Positions 58,687-64,000 of a DNA stretch of 64,000 bases are shown here, piece after piece. The stretch's first letter is position 1. Each line of letters begins with the position of its first letter. The position numbers were made by a program, and so were the translations under genes. Source of the DNA: an uncultured Chloroflexia bacterium (GTDB lineage: Bacteria; Chloroflexota; Limnocylindria; Limnocylindrales; CSP1-4). The stretch is taken from assembly GCA_963746845.1 (NCBI GenBank), contig CAVVCZ010000004.1:640001-704000 (forward strand). The letters run 5' to 3'. A model generated the notes under the pieces. That model did no database searches and was not told the DNA's origin. It saw only the letters and a list, made by a program, of their open reading frames with translations.

Positions 58687-60291
58687 TCAGCCAGCTGATG
58701 CCGCGCCGATCCGTCGCTGCTTGATCCGGGTCGCATCGCCCGCGAACGGCCCGGCCCCGACGGCGTAGGTCGACACGATCGGGAGCATTGCGCCGGGAAA
58801 CTCGCCCACCGAGGAACGGTAGTCGGTGTTCAGCGCCTGGAGCCCGTCGCGAAGCCGTTCACCGGCCGCAACACGCCACGCGTCGTCGACGCCGTCCAGG
58901 TTCGTGAGCTCGACCGCCACCGACGGACGCGGCGTGCCGGTATCGTCATCGACCACCGACAGCATGAACGAGTGGAGCCGTGGCGCGATGTGCGGGTCAC
59001 GGTAGATCACCGACTCGATGTCCTCGGGGTAGATGTTCGAACCCATGACGCTGATCGTCGCGTCGCGCCGGCCGTGGATCCACAGGAACGGCAGCGGGAT
59101 CGGGCGGGCCCAGGGCAGCGGTCCGCGCGGCCCATGGGTCTCCTTCGCCGCGTTCAGGGTGTCGATGTCGAACCCGAACGATCGGAGGACCCGCGCCACG
59201 GTCGCGAAGTCGACGATCCCGCCGGAGTCGTGGACGTTGTAGCGGATGCGCGGCGCGAGCAGATCGAGACGGGAGACCGTGCAGATCACCTCGCCAAGGT
59301 CATTGACCTCGAGGAAATGAATCAGCGGGTTGTACTGGAAGACCATCGGCAGCCTCGAGTCCGACCCGAAGAGGGCCCGTCCGATGTCGGGCCGAGCCCG
59401 CGCCAGGCGCCGGACGGCGATCGATACCGGCGACTCGCCCGCCATGCCGATCTCGATGTCGGTCGCCCCGTAGCCCGAGTAGACCGACTCGAACCGGCCG
59501 AGCAGGACGTCACGGAGCTCCTCGGTCATGCCCTCCCCGCCGACGAGGGCATGGATCCGGTAGTCCGCCCACGGGAAGCCGCGTCGCTCGCCCTCGTCGA
59601 TGAGATGTTTCAGGAACGGCGGGTAACCGGAGATCAGGAAGCGGTAGGTCGGTCCGAGGTAGGACAGCGTCGAGAGGATCTTGTCGAGGTCCGGGCCGAC
59701 GGACTTGACGATGCCGTGCCGCATCATGCCCATGCTCATGTTCATGCCCGCCGCCCAGGCGCCCATCGAGAACGCGTTGATCGTGACCAGCGGCGTCGTG
59801 CCGAACGCGTACCGGGCGAAGAACCCGATGTTCCGATGGGCCACCTCGCGCTCCCGCCGGCCTCGGATCCAGTTGTAGGGCGTGCCCGTCGAGCCGCTCG
59901 ACTCGTCGATCGTCGTCCCGGGGTAGGGGACCGCGCCGCCGACGCACCTCTCGAGCAGGCCGTAGCGGTCGACGTACGACGCCTTGTCGGTCTCGGGCAG
60001 GTGGCGAAGGATCCCGAGCGGGAACAGCGACGCGACGTCGACTCCGGCTTCGTCGAGGAACCGGCCGTACGCGGGGACGCGCCGACTCGCTCGCCAGGCC
60101 GCCCGCTCAGCGCGCAGCTGGCCGATCGCCCGCATCAGCGGCGGCGGCGTCGCAACGAACAGGGCCTTGAGCCAGCCATAGCGGAGGCCGACGGTCCGGA
60201 ACATCGTGTCGAGCGGGAACAGCCACAGGCCTCTCCCGAACCCGACGAAGGCCGCGAACCCGTCGCGGGCGGCCTGGGCAACGGCGCTCAT
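58687..60291 (-). CDS. phenylacetate--CoA ligase-like adenylate-forming enzyme
   Basis: ESSGSTGTP, GYPPF, GGEG, YGATD, RIRYNVHD, GRRD...NIYPEDIE. Confidence 0.8.
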   Translation of the reverse strand: MSAVAQAARDGFAAFVGFGRGLWLFPLDTMFRTVGLRYGWLKALFVATPPPLMRAIGQLRAERAAWRASRRVPAYGRFLDEAGVDVASLFPLGILRHLPETDKASYVDRYGLLERCVGGAVPYPGTTIDESSGSTGTPYNWIRGRREREVAHRNIGFFARYAFGTTPLVTINAFSMGAWAAGMNMSMGMMRHGIVKSVGPDLDKILSTLSYLGPTYRFLISGYPPFLKHLIDEGERRGFPWADYRIHALVGGEGMTEELRDVLLGRFESVYSGYGATDIEIGMAGESPVSIAVRRLARARPDIGRALFGSDSRLPMVFQYNPLIHFLEVNDLGEVICTVSRLDLLAPRIRYNVHDSGGIVDFATVARVLRSFGFDIDTLNAAKETHGPRGPLPWARPIPLPFLWIHGRRDATISVMGSNIYPEDIESVIYRDPHIAPRLHSFMLSVVDDDTGTPRPSVAVELTNLDGVDDAWRVAAGERLRDGLQALNTDYRSSVGEFPGAMLPIVSTYAVGAGPFAGDATRIKQRRIGAASAG

Positions 60292-60409
60292 CGGTTGGCT
60301 CGCCCCTCTCGTGATCGCCACCGCGGGCCTCGGCGAGGCCCGCGTCGACAGTAGGACGCGTTCGTCGCGCGCTCGTTGCGCCGTCGCCGGCGCGCCGGCG
60401 GGCGCCCTC

Positions 60410-60895
60410 TCAGGGGCGCAGTCCCGCGAGCGCGTCCGCGTGGACGCCCCGTGGGTCGATCTCCGCGCGACCGTGACGGGCGGCCAGCTGGGCCAGCGTC
60501 TCGTGGTCGAGGATCTCGAGCATCGCGTCGCGGACGTCCAGCATCACGTCGCGGAGCGCGCACGCGGCCTCGTCCGGGCACGAGCAGCGTTCGTAGAACC
60601 GGAGGCTGACGCAGGACAGGGGGGCGAGCGCGCCGTCGAGCATCCGGATGACCCGTCCGACGCTCACGGTGGCCGGGTCGATCGCGAGCTCGTAGCCGCC
60701 GCGCGCCCCGAGGGTCGTCCGGACAATGCCGCCCCGCTTGAGGGTCGACATGATCTGCTCGAGGAACTTCGGCGGGAGGTTGTTCCGCCCCGCCAGGGTC
60801 GCCAGCGCGAGGGGCTCCGAACGATCGTGGCGGACGAGATCCACGAGGGCACGGATGCCGTACTCGGAGCGGCGCGAGAGGCGCATCACGGTCAT
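60410..60895 (-). CDS. Rrf2 family transcriptional regulator with Cys cluster
   Basis: [38 protein letters not shown]. Confidence 0.9.
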   Translation of the reverse strand: MTVMRLSRRSEYGIRALVDLVRHDRSEPLALATLAGRNNLPPKFLEQIMSTLKRGGIVRTTLGARGGYELAIDPATVSVGRVIRMLDGALAPLSCVSLRFYERCSCPDEAACALRDVMLDVRDAMLEILDHETLAQLAARHGRAEIDPRGVHADALAGLRP

Positions 60896-60904
60896 TCTGG
60901 ACCG

Positions 60905-60929
60905 AAGTCCTACCGTTCGAGTGGGGATT
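60905..60929. promoter_or_regulatory. candidate Rrf2 autoregulatory site
   Basis: 25-bp imperfect palindrome AAGTCCTACC-N5-AGTGGGGATT immediately upstream of the Rrf2 start, resembling the IscR/CymR-type layout. Confidence 0.5.
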
Positions 60930-60971
60930 CCGCACGGTCCGCGTGCCATCGTCCGGCGCGGGCCGCAAGAC

Positions 60972-61010
60972 CGAACATCCGTGCGAAACACGCCCGTGGC
61001 GTGGTACGCT
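60972..61010 (+). promoter_or_regulatory. ruvB promoter with a LexA-box-like site
   Basis: CGAAC-ATCC-GTGCG (one mismatch to GAAC-N4-GTTC) over the -35 region; extended -10 TGGTACGCT 7 nt before the ATG. Confidence 0.5.
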
Positions 61011-61017
61011 CCGGACG

Positions 61018-62115
61018 ATGGACGACGACCTCTCGCGGATCCTCGCCCCGGACCTGGTCGACGACACGGATCGCGTCGTCGAAGGTGCCCTCCGGCCGCG
61101 GACGCTGGACGAATACATCGGCCAGCGCGAGGTCAAGGCGAACCTGTCGGTCCTCCTCTCGGCCGCGAAGGGCAGGGGAGAGGCCGCGGATCACGTCCTC
61201 CTGTACGGCCCGCCCGGCCTCGGCAAGACGACCCTCGCGACGATCATCGCTCGCGAGCTCGGCGTGAATGTCCGGTACACGAGCGGACCTGCCGTCGAGC
61301 GGGCCGGCGACCTCGCGGCGATCCTCACGGCGCTCGACGAGCGCGACGTCCTCTTCATCGACGAGATCCACCGCCTGAACCGCGCGGTCGAGGAGATCCT
61401 CTACCCGGCGATGGAGGACTTCGCCCTGGACGTGATGATCGGGAAGGGCCCGAGCGCGCGGAGCCTTCGCCTCAGCCTGAAGCCGTTCACCGTGGTGGGC
61501 GCGACGACGCGCGCCGGCCGGATCTCCTCGCCGCTGCGCGATCGCTTCGGCGCGACCTATCGCCTCGACTTCTACGAGGAGGACGACCTAGCGGCGATCG
61601 TCGATCGCTCGGCGCGGATCCTCGAGGTCCCGATCGACGACGGTGCGGAGCGCGCGATCGCCCGCCGCGGCCGGGGCACGCCGCGGATCGTGAACCGGCT
61701 GCTCAAGCGGACCCGCGACCACGCCGAGGTCCACGGCGACGGCCGGGTCGACGAGGCGACCGCGACCGCGGCGATGCGCCAGATGGAGATCGACGACGAG
61801 GGTCTCGACTCGACGGACCGCAAGCTCCTGGCCGCGATCATCCAGAAGTTCGCCTCGGGTCCCGTCGGCGTCCAGGCGCTGGCCGCGGTCCTGTCCGAGG
61901 AAGTGGAGACGATCGAGGACGTGTACGAGCCGTTCCTGCTCCGTCTCGGGTTCCTGGATCGGACGCCGCAGGGCCGGATCGCGACCGAGGCCGCCCGGGC
62001 GCACCTCGCCCGGCTCGGCTACGAGATCCCGCCGCCGCGTCGCGGCGACGCCGACATGCCGAGCCTGTGGGACGCGCCAGGCGAGCCCGGACCCGAGGAT
62101 CCGACCGCCGAGTGA
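61018..62115 (+). CDS. ruvB: Holliday junction branch migration helicase
   Basis: [35 protein letters not shown]. Confidence 0.97.
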   Translation: MDDDLSRILAPDLVDDTDRVVEGALRPRTLDEYIGQREVKANLSVLLSAAKGRGEAADHVLLYGPPGLGKTTLATIIARELGVNVRYTSGPAVERAGDLAAILTALDERDVLFIDEIHRLNRAVEEILYPAMEDFALDVMIGKGPSARSLRLSLKPFTVVGATTRAGRISSPLRDRFGATYRLDFYEEDDLAAIVDRSARILEVPIDDGAERAIARRGRGTPRIVNRLLKRTRDHAEVHGDGRVDEATATAAMRQMEIDDEGLDSTDRKLLAAIIQKFASGPVGVQALAAVLSEEVETIEDVYEPFLLRLGFLDRTPQGRIATEAARAHLARLGYEIPPPRRGDADMPSLWDAPGEPGPEDPTAE

Positions 62116-62348
62116 ATGTCAGCGGCATGCAGGGCCTCGGCTGGGCCCTGGTCGTGCTCGGCGCGGTGATCCTGGCGACCGGGCTCGTCATCGTGTTCGG
62201 CCCGCGGATCCCGTGGCTCGGCCACCTGCCCGGCGACATCGTCATCCAGCGCGAGAACGTGACGATCTACATCCCGCTCGGGACGATGATCGTCGTCTCG
62301 GTCGTGGTGTCGATCGTCATCGCGATCATCGGACGCCGGGGATCGTGA
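62112..62348 (+). CDS. DUF2905 family small membrane protein
   Basis: LGHLPGDI...YIPLGT between two TM helices; GTGA overlaps at both ends. Confidence 0.85.
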   Translation: MNVSGMQGLGWALVVLGAVILATGLVIVFGPRIPWLGHLPGDIVIQRENVTIYIPLGTMIVVSVVVSIVIAIIGRRGS

Positions 62349-63505
62349 CCGGCGCCGCCCGATTCACCGTCACGACCCCGCCGCCCGCCGACGGCGCGAC
62401 CCGGGCGCGGCTCGGCCGGCTCGCGCTGCCGCACGGCGTCGTCGAGACGCCCCAGTTCATGCCGGTCGGGACGAACGCGACGGTCAAGGCGCTCCACCCC
62501 GACGACATCCGCGAGGTCGGCGCGTCGATCATCCTCGCCAACACGTACCACCTCTACCTCCGGCCCGGTCACGAACGGATCGCGCGGCTCGGCGGGCTCC
62601 ACCGGTTCATGGCCTGGGACGGTCCGATCCTCACGGACTCCGGCGGCTTCCAGGTCGTGTCGCTCGGCGATCTCCGCGTCGTGGACGATGACGGTGTCAC
62701 GTTCCGCAGCCATCTCGACGGCTCGATCCACCGGTTCACGCCGGAGGTCGCGATCGGCGTCCAGGAGGCGCTCGGCTCGGACGTCGCGGTGGCCTTCGAC
62801 CAGCCCGTCTTCCCGAGCTCCCCACGCGACGTGGTCGCCGATGCGACCGATCGAACCCACCGCTGGGCGGAGCGCTCGCTCGCGGCACACACCCGCACCG
62901 ACCAGGCCCTGTTCGGGATCGTCCAGGGCGGCCTCGAGCCGGATCTGCGAGGCGAGAGCACACGATTCATCGCCTCGCTGCCGTTCGACGGGATCTGCAT
63001 CGGCGGGCTCGCCGGCGACGAGACGGCGGTCCAGCGCGGCGCGGCCCTGGATGTCGTCGTCCCGCTGCTCGCCGACGACCCGCGGCCGCGCTACCTCATG
63101 GGCCTGGGCTCACCGGCGGACCTGCTCGAGGCCGTCCATCGCGGGGTGGACCTCTTCGATTCGGTCCTCCCGGCCCGGGTCGCCCGGAACGGCCAGCTGT
63201 GGGTTCCGGGCGGTCGGCTGAACCTCCGGAACGCCCGCTTCCTCGACGATCCGGAGCCCGTCCAGGCGGACTGCCCGTGCCTCCTCTGCCGGTCGTTCTC
63301 GCGGGCCTATCTGGCCCATCTGCTGCGGGCCAACGAGCTCCTCGCGTACCGTCTCGCGACTTGTCACAACCTGACCTTCACCCTAGACTTCATGGCCAGG
63401 ATCCGCGCCGCTCTGGGGTCCGGAGTCTTTCCCGCTGAGCTGCCGAATCTGGCCCTGCGCGCGGGCCGGTCTAGTCGCAGTGAAGCCGCGGAGCAGTCCG
63501 CGTGA
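62345..63505 (+). CDS. tgt: tRNA-guanine(34) transglycosylase
   Basis: TPQFMPVGT, NTYHL, TDSGGFQV, GIVQGG, RYLMG, CPCLLC...H zinc site. Confidence 0.95.
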   Translation: MTGAARFTVTTPPPADGATRARLGRLALPHGVVETPQFMPVGTNATVKALHPDDIREVGASIILANTYHLYLRPGHERIARLGGLHRFMAWDGPILTDSGGFQVVSLGDLRVVDDDGVTFRSHLDGSIHRFTPEVAIGVQEALGSDVAVAFDQPVFPSSPRDVVADATDRTHRWAERSLAAHTRTDQALFGIVQGGLEPDLRGESTRFIASLPFDGICIGGLAGDETAVQRGAALDVVVPLLADDPRPRYLMGLGSPADLLEAVHRGVDLFDSVLPARVARNGQLWVPGGRLNLRNARFLDDPEPVQADCPCLLCRSFSRAYLAHLLRANELLAYRLATCHNLTFTLDFMARIRAALGSGVFPAELPNLALRAGRSSRSEAAEQSA

Positions 63506-63547
63506 ATGGCCGTTCGGTAGCCTGCGTCCCAACGCGGAGGAGCAACG

Positions 63548-63718
63548 ATGGGCTCGCGAGATCGTCCCCACCGCGAAGCGAAGAAGAAGCCGAAGGACAA
63601 GTCGGGCCAGCCCAAGCTGTCGTCCCTGTCGGAGCCCCCGCCGATGCAGGCGGAGCTGATCCGGAAGGAACGCAAGCCCCGACGGGTCACCGAGGAAGAG
63701 ACGACCGACGAAGGCTGA
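63548..63718 (+). CDS. small 56-aa charged protein (not in the supplied ORF track)
   Basis: GGAGGAG RBS, ATG, host-like codon usage: MGSRDRPHREAKKKPKDKSGQPKLSSLSEPPPMQAELIRKERKPRRVTEEETTDEG. Confidence 0.7.
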   Translation: MGSRDRPHREAKKKPKDKSGQPKLSSLSEPPPMQAELIRKERKPRRVTEEETTDEG

Positions 63719-63788
63719 TCGTCCGAGGTCCCGCCCGGGAGCGTGACCTGTCGGTGCGGCCACAGATCGACAGGAGCGTGACGGATCC

Positions 63789-64000
63789 ATGGCGTTGACG
63801 GGCGAGCGCACGGCGGACGAGCGGAACGGCGGCGATCGCGCCGCGGACCGGGCCCAGGCGGAGCGCGGCAAGGCCGTCGCCGCCGCGATCCAGGCGATCG
63901 AGAAGCAGTTCGGGACCGGCTCGATCATGAAGCTCGGATCGGCCTCGATCCAGGCGATCGACGTGATCCCGACCGGCTCGATCGCGCTCGACCTGGCCCT
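63789..64000 (+). CDS. recA: recombinase RecA (5' part, runs off the window)
   Basis: [18 protein letters not shown]...[12 protein letters not shown]; AGGAG RBS. Confidence 0.96.
   Translation, partial: MALTGERTADERNGGDRAADRAQAERGKAVAAAIQAIEKQFGTGSIMKLGSASIQAIDVIPTGSIALDLA

Noticed and set aside
1-64000. CRISPR array, rRNA, prophage or IS transposase
   Set aside because: No regularly spaced repeats or recognisable hallmark genes found by eye.

Overview
High-GC, gene-dense chromosomal region made mostly of housekeeping genes. Gene content and style suggest Chloroflexota, possibly Limnocylindria/Ellin6529 (inference). It contains cysS, tRNA-Val(GAC), a Thr T-box with thrS, infC-rpmI-rplT-pheST, cvpA-mpg-mutS2, a class A PBP, tyrS, a his cluster (TrpR/YerC regulator-hisG-D-C-B-H-F-IE, with hisA divergent), an EF-G2 paralogue, yebC-ruvC-ruvA, ruvB-DUF2905-tgt and the 5' end of recA. 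Accessory enzymes and membrane proteins are interspersed. I saw no CRISPR array, rRNA, integrase or transposase. Three single-base frameshifts look like sequencing errors. Main leads: (i) an HTH + PD-(D/E)xK nuclease gene between thrS and infC whose own 3' coding end forms an inverted repeat with downstream DNA; (ii) an unannotated ~150-nt structured RNA upstream of tRNA-Val; (iii) a GT2 glycosyltransferase fused to a CysRS C-terminal-like domain next to cysS; (iv) a PLP decarboxylase fused to a cNMP-binding domain; (v) a TGT with queuine-salvage-type pocket residues and no adjacent queA; (vi) a tandem 8-bp operator for the his regulator; (vii) a MITE/REPIN-like element after tyrS; (viii) unannotated small ORFs and frequent leaderless starts. 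All family calls come from recognising motifs by eye, not from database searches.
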